32,000 nucleotides of DNA from Aquifex aeolicus VF5. GTDB taxonomy: Bacteria > Aquificota > Aquificia > Aquificales > Aquificaceae. Shown here one piece after another: positions 20,473 to 29,346 of the stretch (its first letter is position 1; each line of letters starts with the position of its first letter). The translations under genes and the position numbers were made by a program. The notes under the pieces are model-generated. The model saw only the letters and a program-made list of their open reading frames with translations, ran no database searches and was not told where the DNA came from. The stretch spans positions 900,001-932,000 of the forward strand of contig NC_000918.1 in the NCBI RefSeq assembly GCF_000008625.1, written 5' to 3'.

Positions 20473-22809
20473 GTGAAAAAGGAATTTTTAACCCTAGCCC
20501 TTTTTTTAGGTGTAGCTAACGCCGCAGAAATAGAAAAGATAATAATTAAAGGGAATAAGTACATTCCCGATGAATTAATAAGGGGACTTTTAAGCGTAAG
20601 AAAGGGTTCAGAGTTTTCCCTTGAAAGGATAAGAAAAGACATAAGGAAACTTTACAGAACTGGACTCTTTACAAAGGTAGAAGCTTACGAAGAAGATCAA
20701 AATAAAAACGGAAAACCTGAAGTAATACTGGTGGTTGAAGACCTTCCCGTAATTTACAAAATAGAGTTTGAGGGGAATGAGGAGTTCTCTGACGACGACC
20801 TGAAGGAGTACCTCGGTATAGAGACGGAGCTCGGGGAAGTAGAAGTGGAAGAAACCATAGAAGGATACACTTCCAGCCCTGCAATAGAAGAAAGACTTGC
20901 CGTAATGAAACAATTAAAACTCGGTCGTATACTTACCTTTCAGGAAATAGAGAGTTTAAGAAGGAGAATTGAAGAGGTATACAAGAGGCACGGCTTTGTA
21001 GGGACGAAAGTTGAGTACAAGCTCATCCCGAAAAAAGGAGCTTCAAAACTCGTTTTTGTCATACATGAAGGTAAAAAGATTTACACCTCCGATATAGAGA
21101 TAGAAGGAAATAAACACTTCAGCGACCGGAAGTTAAAAGGTCTAATGGAATTAAAAGAGCCAAACATTTTCCTCTTTAGACTGCACCCGGCTTTTAGTGA
21201 AGAAACGCTAAAAGAAGATGTAAAAAAGATAGAGGAGTTTTATAAAAATGAGGGTTTTTTAGAAGTTGAAGTATCTTACGAAGTTAAAGAAGAAGGACCA
21301 GCACGTAAGGTAATCGTAAAAGTAAAGGAAGGTCCGAGGTACAAACTGAAAGAGATAAAGATAGAGGGAAACACTCTCTTCGCTTACAGCGAACTAGTTG
21401 ATAACATCCTGAAAAAGAACGAGAGAAAAGGCAGGTATTTCAGAAGGGAGGTTATTGAGAAGATTAAAAACAGGATAAGGGAGAAGTATGCGGAAATAGG
21501 ATTTTTAAACACAAGCGTGGAAGAAAGGGTAAATGTAAATCCTGAAAAGAAAGAAGTTTCAGTTCTACTAAAGATAATAGAAGGAAAACCAGTGTACGTA
21601 AAGAAGATAAAGATTAAGGGGAATTACGAGACGAGAGATTACGTGATAAGGAGGGAAATGAGAGTTCAGGAAAACGAACTTGCCCTTAAAAAGGGTATAG
21701 AGCGTTCGAAAACACGGATAATGAACTTAGGTTACTACGAAGATGTACAGATAGAGCCCGTTCCGAGAAGGGACGCATGGTGGGATCTTCTCGTTAAGAT
21801 AAGGGAGAGGTTCACAGGTCAGTTCTCTGTGGGACTTTCTTACAACGAAGTTACGGGACTCGCAGGGTTTATTGAACTCAGGAAGGGTAATTTCAGGGGT
21901 ACGGGGGACATAGCCGGGATAAGCGTAAGCTACGGTTCCCTGTACAGGAACAACGCTATCTCCTACACGAGAAAGTGGTTCCTTAAAAAACCTGTGGATT
22001 TAGACCTTTCGGCTTTCGACAGGAGGATAGAGTACGACACTTACACTGTTGAGAGAACTGGTTTTTCAGTAGCGCTTTCCAAAGAGCTGAGTGAGTACTG
22101 GAGGGCGTCTATAGGAACTTCGATCCAAAGGGTAAAGTACAGCGATATAGACCCTGAGGCGAGCACTTATGTTAAAGAGCAGGCAGGAAGAAGGGACTCG
22201 AGAAAGATATTCTTTACCCTCACAAGGGATACCAGAGATTACTACCTCCTGCCCACAAAAGGTTCACTTTTTGTGTTTAGAAATAGCGTTGGGGTAGGAC
22301 TCCTCGGCGGTGATGAGAAGTTTTACAAGTTCGAAGTTGAGGGAGCAAAGTACTTCAGTGATACTTACTTTGACACGGGAATTATACTCAGTCTGAAGGG
22401 TGAAGTTGGATTTGTAGAAGGATACGGCGGTAAAAAGGTTCCCATAGACGAGCGCTTCTTCGTAGGGGGAGACTTTTCCATCAGGGGTTACGAATACGGA
22501 TACGCGGGACCGGTGGATCCAAACACTTTAGATCCCATAGGTGCTAAAAAGAAGGTGATTACGAGTTTAGAACTCATGTACCCGGTCTTTAAGAAAATGC
22601 TTTACTTCGCGGGATTTTTCGATTACGGACTGGGTGCGGATAAGTGGAGTGACTTTAAGCTTTCAAACTTCAGGGGTGGCTACGGTATAGGCGTGAGGAT
22701 AATAACTCCCTTTGCTCCTATAAGGATAGACTGGGCATTCAAGACAAAAACCGTACCGGGTGATACGAACCGCTCAAGGATACACTTCGTTCTCGGAACC
22801 TTCTTCTGA
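20473..22809 (+). CDS. bamA: Outer membrane protein assembly factor BamA (Omp85 family), GTG start
   Basis: Signal peptide (KKEFLTLALFLGVANA/AE). Five POTRA-like repeats (I.I.GN...), a C-terminal beta-barrel, and a terminal ...IHFVLGTFF beta-signal. Confidence 0.93.
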   Translation: MKKEFLTLALFLGVANAAEIEKIIIKGNKYIPDELIRGLLSVRKGSEFSLERIRKDIRKLYRTGLFTKVEAYEEDQNKNGKPEVILVVEDLPVIYKIEFEGNEEFSDDDLKEYLGIETELGEVEVEETIEGYTSSPAIEERLAVMKQLKLGRILTFQEIESLRRRIEEVYKRHGFVGTKVEYKLIPKKGASKLVFVIHEGKKIYTSDIEIEGNKHFSDRKLKGLMELKEPNIFLFRLHPAFSEETLKEDVKKIEEFYKNEGFLEVEVSYEVKEEGPARKVIVKVKEGPRYKLKEIKIEGNTLFAYSELVDNILKKNERKGRYFRREVIEKIKNRIREKYAEIGFLNTSVEERVNVNPEKKEVSVLLKIIEGKPVYVKKIKIKGNYETRDYVIRREMRVQENELALKKGIERSKTRIMNLGYYEDVQIEPVPRRDAWWDLLVKIRERFTGQFSVGLSYNEVTGLAGFIELRKGNFRGTGDIAGISVSYGSLYRNNAISYTRKWFLKKPVDLDLSAFDRRIEYDTYTVERTGFSVALSKELSEYWRASIGTSIQRVKYSDIDPEASTYVKEQAGRRDSRKIFFTLTRDTRDYYLLPTKGSLFVFRNSVGVGLLGGDEKFYKFEVEGAKYFSDTYFDTGIILSLKGEVGFVEGYGGKKVPIDERFFVGGDFSIRGYEYGYAGPVDPNTLDPIGAKKKVITSLELMYPVFKKMLYFAGFFDYGLGADKWSDFKLSNFRGGYGIGVRIITPFAPIRIDWAFKTKTVPGDTNRSRIHFVLGTFF

Positions 22810-22810
22810 T

Positions 22811-22844
22811 AAAAGTAAAAAAGAGAAGGGCGAATTACTCGCCC
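22811..22844 (-). terminator. Intrinsic terminator of the cold-shock gene
   Basis: On the minus-strand RNA, GGGCGA-GUAAU-UCGCCC (6-bp GC-rich stem, 22844-22828) is followed by UUCUCUUUUUUACUUUU. The UAA stop codon lies in the loop. Confidence 0.6.
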
Positions 22845-23047
22845 AAAACTCTTACGTTTTTAGCCCTTGGACCTTTTGTGTCTTCAACTACGTCAAACTC
22901 TACTTTTTGACCTTTTTGAAGGGTCTTGAAACCCTCCATCTGGATATCGGTAAAGTGGACAAAAACGTCTGCGTTTGTGTCCTCACGGGTAATGAACCCG
23001 TAACCCTTGTCCTTGCTAAACCACTTAACTGTGCCTCTGAACGACAT
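22835..23047 (-). CDS. Cold-shock protein (CspA family, CSD)
   Basis: 70 aa. [15 protein letters not shown] (RNP1) and VFVHF (RNP2). The SD TAGGAGGT lies about 9 nt upstream. Confidence 0.97.
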   Translation of the reverse strand: MSFRGTVKWFSKDKGYGFITREDTNADVFVHFTDIQMEGFKTLQKGQKVEFDVVEDTKGPRAKNVRVLGE

Positions 23048-23078
23048 AACTACAAGACCTCCTAAAAGTACTTCTTAA

Positions 23079-23129
23079 GGGCTTCCGACAAAGGTACCTG
23101 CGGGAATGCCCTCCCCTCGTCAGAAGACC
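23079..23129 (-). promoter_or_regulatory. Long imperfect hairpin at the 5' end of the cold-shock mRNA leader
   Basis: On the minus-strand RNA, GGUCUUCUGACGAGGG (23129-23114) pairs with CCUUUGUCGGAAGCCC (23094-23079). That is 16 positions with one U-C mismatch and several G-U pairs. The G-U pairs become A-C mismatches on the other strand, so the fold is strand-specific. Confidence 0.4.
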
Positions 23130-23137
23130 TTACTTTA

Positions 23138-23165
23138 AGTATATAGAGTTTTAAAAATTTTGCAA
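23138..23165 (-). promoter_or_regulatory. Candidate promoter of the cold-shock gene: TTGCAA-16 nt-TATACT
   Basis: On the minus strand, TTGCAA is at 23165-23160 (inside the hisA 3' end) and TATACT at 23143-23138. This predicts a leader of roughly 84 nt. Confidence 0.4.
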
Positions 23166-23867
23166 GTCTTCAAGGGTTATCCTCCCCTCGTATATCGCCT
23201 TTCCTACAACCACTCCCTCAACTATCCCGTAGAGCTTTTTAATATCTTCCAAAGAAGAAACCCCTCCCGAGGCTATCACGGGTTTCTTCACATGTTTTTT
23301 AATCTCTTTATAAGGCTCTACATCTACTCCCTCAAGGCTTCCGTCTCTCTCTATTACCGTGTAGAGGTATCCCCAAATGGGATAATTTTCGTACTCCTTT
23401 GCAAATTCTTCGGGAGAAACAGCGGTCTCTTCCTTCCAGCCTCCGATGGCAACTTTTCCTTGTTTCGAATCAATGGCGAGGATTACCCTGTTTGGGAAGT
23501 TTTCAAGTATCTTTAAAAACTCCTCTTTGTTTTTATAAGCCAGAGTTCCGATAACCACAAAGTCTATACCCTCGTCAAATAGAGCCTTTGCAACCTCGTA
23601 ACTTCTTATACCTCCGCCTACTTCTACTTCTCCCTCAAAGTTTTCCCTTATCTTTCTGATAACTTCCAAGTTTTTGGGCTTTCCGCCCTCAGCACCTTCG
23701 AGGTCTACAACGTGAAGCCTTTTAAAACCTAGGTCCGAGAAATTTTTTGCGAGTTCCCAAGGCCTTTCAGAGTAAACTTTTACTTTATTAAAGTCTCCTT
23801 TATATAGCCGAACAGCTTTACCTTCCATTAAATCTATGGCAGGAATTATGAACTCCTTTAAGTTCAA
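23151..23867 (-). CDS. hisA: ProFAR isomerase HisA (TTG start at 23867 overlapping the pyrK-like stop)
   Basis: IPAIDLMEGKAVRL, VGGGIRS and IASGGVSSLEDI motifs. GGAGGAGG lies 6 nt upstream of TTG 23867. The tracked ATG 23909 would add 14 non-conserved residues inside the upstream gene. Confidence 0.9.
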   Translation of the reverse strand: MNLKEFIIPAIDLMEGKAVRLYKGDFNKVKVYSERPWELAKNFSDLGFKRLHVVDLEGAEGGKPKNLEVIRKIRENFEGEVEVGGGIRSYEVAKALFDEGIDFVVIGTLAYKNKEEFLKILENFPNRVILAIDSKQGKVAIGGWKEETAVSPEEFAKEYENYPIWGYLYTVIERDGSLEGVDVEPYKEIKKHVKKPVIASGGVSSLEDIKKLYGIVEGVVVGKAIYEGRITLEDLQNF

Positions 23868-24619
23868 AGAATTACCTCCTCCATGGGCATAACTGGTCCC
23901 TCGTAACAAACTCTCTTAAACTTTCCGTCTCTGGTCTTCACGACGCACCCGAGGCACACACCCCAACCACACGCCATCCTCTCTTCCAAGGAGAAGTAAA
24001 CCTTGTGTCCCGTTTTCATTTCTTTGATGGTTTTTAGCATAGGCTTTGGTCCGCAGGCGTGAACCACCCAGTCCGTGGAAAATTCCTTCAAAATTTCCGT
24101 GACAAAACCTTTTCTTCCAGCACTCCCGTCGTTCGTAAAGAGTTCGTAAGGGAATTCTTCCTTCTCAAGCCACTCTACCATCCCTAAGTGTTCCCTGCTC
24201 CTGCCTCCGTAGGCTATGAAAACTTTCTTTCCCATATCCCTCAGCTTTTTGGCGAGCAAGGTGAGTCCAGCAAGTCCTACTCCTCCGCCTATGAGGAGAT
24301 GTTTGTCACCCTCGTAGGAAAAAAGCCTTTTGCCAAGTGGCAGGAAGGTTTTTAACCTCTCGCCCGGCTTCCTTTTAGAAAGGAGGTAAGTCCCTTTTCC
24401 GTAAACATCGTAGTAAAAAACGGCTTTGTGTTCCTCTATGTCCGCAACTGCGAAGGCCCTCCTTCCCATAGGGTCGTAAGTGTCGGAGGGCTTTATCATA
24501 GCGAAGTGCCCGGGTTCAATCTGTTTTAAGATTTTGTCGGGAATTCTCAAGGTAAGTCTGTAGAGGTTTCCCGAGATGTAAGTGTTTTCAAGTACCTCTG
24601 CGTTTAATTCTGCGAGCAT
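23864..24619 (-). CDS. pyrK: PyrK-family FAD/NAD(P)-binding [2Fe-2S] electron-transfer subunit (dihydroorotate dehydrogenase B electron-transfer-subunit-like)
   Basis: RRAFAVA (FAD-binding RxxS/T-like), GGGVGLAGL (NAD-binding), and the C-terminal Cys cluster MACGWGVCLGCVV...RVCYEGPV. No pyrD is adjacent, so the physiological partner is uncertain. Confidence 0.75.
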   Translation of the reverse strand: MLAELNAEVLENTYISGNLYRLTLRIPDKILKQIEPGHFAMIKPSDTYDPMGRRAFAVADIEEHKAVFYYDVYGKGTYLLSKRKPGERLKTFLPLGKRLFSYEGDKHLLIGGGVGLAGLTLLAKKLRDMGKKVFIAYGGRSREHLGMVEWLEKEEFPYELFTNDGSAGRKGFVTEILKEFSTDWVVHACGPKPMLKTIKEMKTGHKVYFSLEERMACGWGVCLGCVVKTRDGKFKRVCYEGPVMPMEEVIL

Positions 24620-24627
24620 ACTTGATT

Positions 24628-24643
24628 TATTTTAATTAAAATA
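24628..24643. repeat. Perfect 16-bp palindrome TATTTTAATTAAAATA in the pyrK-like/ccsA-like divergent region
   Basis: tattttaattaaaata at 24628-24643 is its own reverse complement. It contains TAAAAT on the minus strand (24634-24629, 9 nt upstream of the pyrK-like ATG) and on the plus strand (24637-24642). Confidence 0.6.
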
Positions 24644-24686
24644 CAATAAAATGTTGTTTTAAAATTAAGTTTCAGGAGGAAGGAGA

Positions 24687-25997
24687 ATGGATCTGTACGA
24701 GTACGAAGCGTACGATAAAATTTTCAAAAAGTACGGTATTCCCACCCCGAAGTATATGTTCGTTGAACACATTACAGATGATGTTGTTGAATTCGTAAAT
24801 CAACTGGGTGAGTGCGTTGTAAAGTCACAGGTTCTAGTAGGAAAGAGGGGAAAAGCCGGAGCTGTAAGGGTATGCTCCAATCCCGATGAAGCTTTAGAAG
24901 AGATTGAAACACTCCTCAGGATGACTGTTTACGGAGAAATGCCTGTTGGCGTTCTCGTAGTGGAAAAGGCAAACATCCTGAAAGAACTTTACGCTTCAAT
25001 AGTTTACTCCACGGACCACAGGGCACCCGTACTTACCCTCAGCTTGGAAGGCGGAATGGATATAGAAGAAGTTCCCCCTGATAAGGTAAAGTCCTGGCCA
25101 ATAAACCCGCTAAAAGGACTCTACCCCCACATGGTGAGGAATTACCTCCTTGAACTTGGATTTCCCCACGAATATATGCCCGTTCTCAGGAAGCTCTCAG
25201 AAGTTATAGCAAGAATGTGGGACGCCTTCTGGGGGGCTGAAGCGAGACTCCTTGAAATCAACCCCCTTGCTATTGTGGACAGGGGCGGAAAGCCTGACGT
25301 TCTTGCCCTTGACGCGGTTGTTAAAATAGACGACGACGCATCAATACCGCCTGCAAAGATATACGGAGTGAGAACCGCACTCAGGAGACCTCCCACAGAA
25401 AGAGAAATCGCAGCCGCGGAAATAGACAAGGACGACCACAGAGGAAAGGCAGGCTCTTACGTAGAACTCGACGGTGACATAGCTATGATGACCTTCGGAG
25501 GAGGAGGTTCTACCGTTACGATAGAAACGTGTTACGAACTCGGACTAAAACCCGCAAACCTCACGGACATAGGCGGTAACCCGCCCGCCGAAAAGATGTA
25601 CAAGATAACGAGGATAATACTCTCCAAACCCGGAATAAGGGCTGTTCTAATCGCCGGAGGTACTGCAAACAACACGAGAATCGACGTTACTCTCGGTGAA
25701 GGTGTTGCAAACGCATTAAGAGACCTAAAGAAAGAAGGAAAACTCGACCCCAACTGGATATTCGTGGTAAGGAGAAACGGGCCGGAAGCTGAAAAAGGAC
25801 TCAGAATGCTTTACGAGGCCTTTAAAGAGTGTGGAATAAAGGGAGAAATTTACGACTCCGCATTGCCGCTTACCGAAGCTCCCGTGAGGCTTAAAGAACT
25901 CCTCGATAAGTGCCAAGCAAAAAAACTTGAAGAAGAAGAACAAATTAAGGAAGGACATACATTTACGGACGAGCAAGCTTCTGACCTCGGAATGTAA
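24687..25997 (+). CDS. SucC-like ATP-grasp subunit; probably the citryl-CoA synthetase large subunit (CcsA-type) rather than canonical succinyl-CoA synthetase beta
   Basis: MDLYEYEAYDKIFKKYGIPTPKY ATP-grasp N-terminus. 436 aa, longer than the roughly 390-aa typical SucC. Acidic C-terminal tail. AGGAGGAAGGAGA SD. The assignment follows from the known Aquificaceae rTCA pathway (citryl-CoA synthetase described in Hydrogenobacter). It is inference, not a search result. Confidence 0.7.
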   Translation: MDLYEYEAYDKIFKKYGIPTPKYMFVEHITDDVVEFVNQLGECVVKSQVLVGKRGKAGAVRVCSNPDEALEEIETLLRMTVYGEMPVGVLVVEKANILKELYASIVYSTDHRAPVLTLSLEGGMDIEEVPPDKVKSWPINPLKGLYPHMVRNYLLELGFPHEYMPVLRKLSEVIARMWDAFWGAEARLLEINPLAIVDRGGKPDVLALDAVVKIDDDASIPPAKIYGVRTALRRPPTEREIAAAEIDKDDHRGKAGSYVELDGDIAMMTFGGGGSTVTIETCYELGLKPANLTDIGGNPPAEKMYKITRIILSKPGIRAVLIAGGTANNTRIDVTLGEGVANALRDLKKEGKLDPNWIFVVRRNGPEAEKGLRMLYEAFKECGIKGEIYDSALPLTEAPVRLKELLDKCQAKKLEEEEQIKEGHTFTDEQASDLGM

Positions 25998-28044
<2,047 letters not shown>

Positions 28045-28053
28045 TACATTTAT

Positions 28054-28059
28054 AAAATA
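28054..28059 (-). promoter_or_regulatory. -10-like TATTTT, 9 nt upstream of the thrB ATG 28044
   Basis: Plus strand aaaata at 28054-28059. No SD precedes thrB. An alternative TATAAA lies only 4 nt upstream, and a distal TATAAT is at 28095-28090. Confidence 0.25.
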
Positions 28060-28071
28060 CCTTATTTGATT

Positions 28072-28096
28072 CTATAATGGTTATTGTAAATTATAG
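28072..28096. repeat. Inverted repeat CTATAAT-N11-ATTATAG
   Basis: ctataat at 28072-28078 and attatag at 28090-28096. Each arm carries a consensus TATAAT, and the two point toward each other. Confidence 0.55.
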
Positions 28097-28370
28097 CAAT
28101 ATATCTTGATTTTTATAATTGCGGCAGCAGCTACAGAAAAAGCTAGATCGTTTGGTGAAGCACTCATTATTTTGTTTTTGTCTTTATAGTAAGTCTTATT
28201 TATTTAGCTTTTGTTGTTTACTTTATATACTGGCTTATTGATGTAAGGCAAATGTTGCACGATATAAAGAAGGAATTGGAAAAACTTAATCAAAAACAAT
28301 AAAACAGAGCTGTTGTATTTTCCCCTTTGTTTTTTAGCCTTTCTTCACCATTTAAGTTGGCTCGTTTTTC

Positions 28371-28399
28371 TTGACACAATTTTAAAACACTGGTATATC
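28371..28399 (+). promoter_or_regulatory. Sigma-70-type promoter of the nuo operon: TTGACA-17 nt-TATATC
   Basis: TTGACA at 28371-28376, a 17-nt spacer, and TATATC at 28394-28399. This is about 30 nt upstream of the nuoA ATG, with GGAGG at 28416-28420. Confidence 0.55.
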
Positions 28400-28428
28400 T
28401 TTACATAGTTTTTGCGGAGGGCACTTTT

Positions 28429-28785
28429 ATGGAATACATAGCTCTAGGAATAGGTCTTCTTGTTGCACTGCTCATAGCCCTCGGGCAGGCGTTCGTAAAC
28501 GACATACTCGGAACGAGAAAAAGGGATCCATTAGAGGACTACCCATACGAGTGTGGTGTCCCCCTTTACGATCCCGAAGCGAGGGGAACATTCAAGCAGG
28601 GGTATTACCTCTTGGGACTTCTTCTCATACTCTTTGATATAGAAGCGGCTTACCTCTTTCCTTGGGCTGTAGTTTTTGAAGAGATAGGAATTTACGGATT
28701 AATTGAAGTCATTGTCTTTGTGGGAATACTCACATTAGGTTTTATATACGCTTGGCGTAAGGGTGCGTTAAACTGGGAGATGTAG
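28429..28785 (+). CDS. nuoA: NADH-quinone oxidoreductase subunit A
   Basis: 118 aa with 3 TM segments. YECG motif and FDIEAAYLFPWA. GGAGG SD lies 8 nt upstream. Confidence 0.95.
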   Translation: MEYIALGIGLLVALLIALGQAFVNDILGTRKRDPLEDYPYECGVPLYDPEARGTFKQGYYLLGLLLILFDIEAAYLFPWAVVFEEIGIYGLIEVIVFVGILTLGFIYAWRKGALNWEM

Positions 28786-28797
28786 GAGGTAAGTGCC

Positions 28798-29337
28798 ATG
28801 GTTGCAATAAATTCTAACGGTTTTGTAACAACTACCGTAGAAGAACTCCTCAGATGGGGAAGGAGGAATTCCCTCTGGCCCGTTACGATAGGGCTCGCTT
28901 GCTGTGCTATAGAGATGATGCACACCGCGGCTTCAAGGTTTGACCTTGACAGACTGGGAGTGATATTCAGGGCTTCTCCGAGACAGGCTGACGTTCTCAT
29001 AGTTGCGGGAACTGTTGTGAACAAGGTAGCACCAATGCTGAAACTCATATGGGATCAAATGCCGGATCCCAAGTGGTGTATATCCATGGGCGGATGTGCG
29101 TCCGCGGGAGGACCTTTCCCGACTTATTCCACACTTCAGGGGGTTGACAGGATAATACCCGTTGACGTTTACATACCCGGATGCCCTCCCACACCCCAGG
29201 GACTCATATACGGAATACTCCAACTCCAGAGAAAGATCAAAGAGCAAGGAATAACAAAGTACGATAAACTCTTCGCAGACTTCAACAGGGAAATAGAGAA
29301 GGAAGGTATTTTCGTTCCCAGAGAACTAAAGGTGTGA
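28798..29337 (+). CDS. nuoB: NADH-quinone oxidoreductase subunit B
   Basis: N2-cluster ligand motifs [14 protein letters not shown] and IPGCPP. AGGAGGT SD. Confidence 0.97.
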   Translation: MVAINSNGFVTTTVEELLRWGRRNSLWPVTIGLACCAIEMMHTAASRFDLDRLGVIFRASPRQADVLIVAGTVVNKVAPMLKLIWDQMPDPKWCISMGGCASAGGPFPTYSTLQGVDRIIPVDVYIPGCPPTPQGLIYGILQLQRKIKEQGITKYDKLFADFNREIEKEGIFVPRELKV

Positions 29338-29346
29338 GGATAACTT

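Larger units (their letters stand above)
28045..28428. other. 384-bp AT-rich non-coding spacer between thrB and nuoA, the only long gap in the window
   Basis: No ORF of 60 codons or more on either strand. Visibly more AT-rich than the flanking genes. Contains the nuo promoter, the inverted repeat above and two overlapping short hydrophobic ORF fragments (28106-28189 and 28159-28302). Confidence 0.8.

Noticed and set aside
22828-22844. The same GC hairpin acting as a terminator for bamA on the plus strand
   Set aside because: On the plus-strand RNA the hairpin is followed by AAAACUC rather than a U-tract. It is a canonical terminator only for the minus-strand cold-shock gene.
22760-23065. 101-aa plus-strand ORF running from the bamA 3' end through the cold-shock gene
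   Set aside because: It is antisense to an unmistakable CSD protein and out of frame with bamA. It has no independent support.
23079-23129. The long hairpin acting as an intrinsic terminator for hisA
   Set aside because: It is not followed by a U-tract (CCCUUAAGAAG...). It sits immediately downstream of a plausible promoter for the cold-shock gene, so a 5'-leader role is the simpler reading. Some attenuation of hisA read-through cannot be excluded.
24651-24662. Mini-ORF ATG-TTG-TTT-TAA, 8 nt downstream of the plus-strand TAAAAT of the palindrome
   Set aside because: Three sense codons are too few to argue for function, and such strings arise easily in AT-rich DNA. Noted only because it fits the leaderless spacing.
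28172-28180. Programmed -1 ribosomal frameshift joining the two small ORF fragments at ttg-ttt-ttg
   Set aside because: The sequence G-TTT-TTG is not a proper X-XXY-YYZ slippery heptamer. There is no downstream stimulatory structure in this AT-rich DNA. Gene decay or a sequencing indel is more likely.
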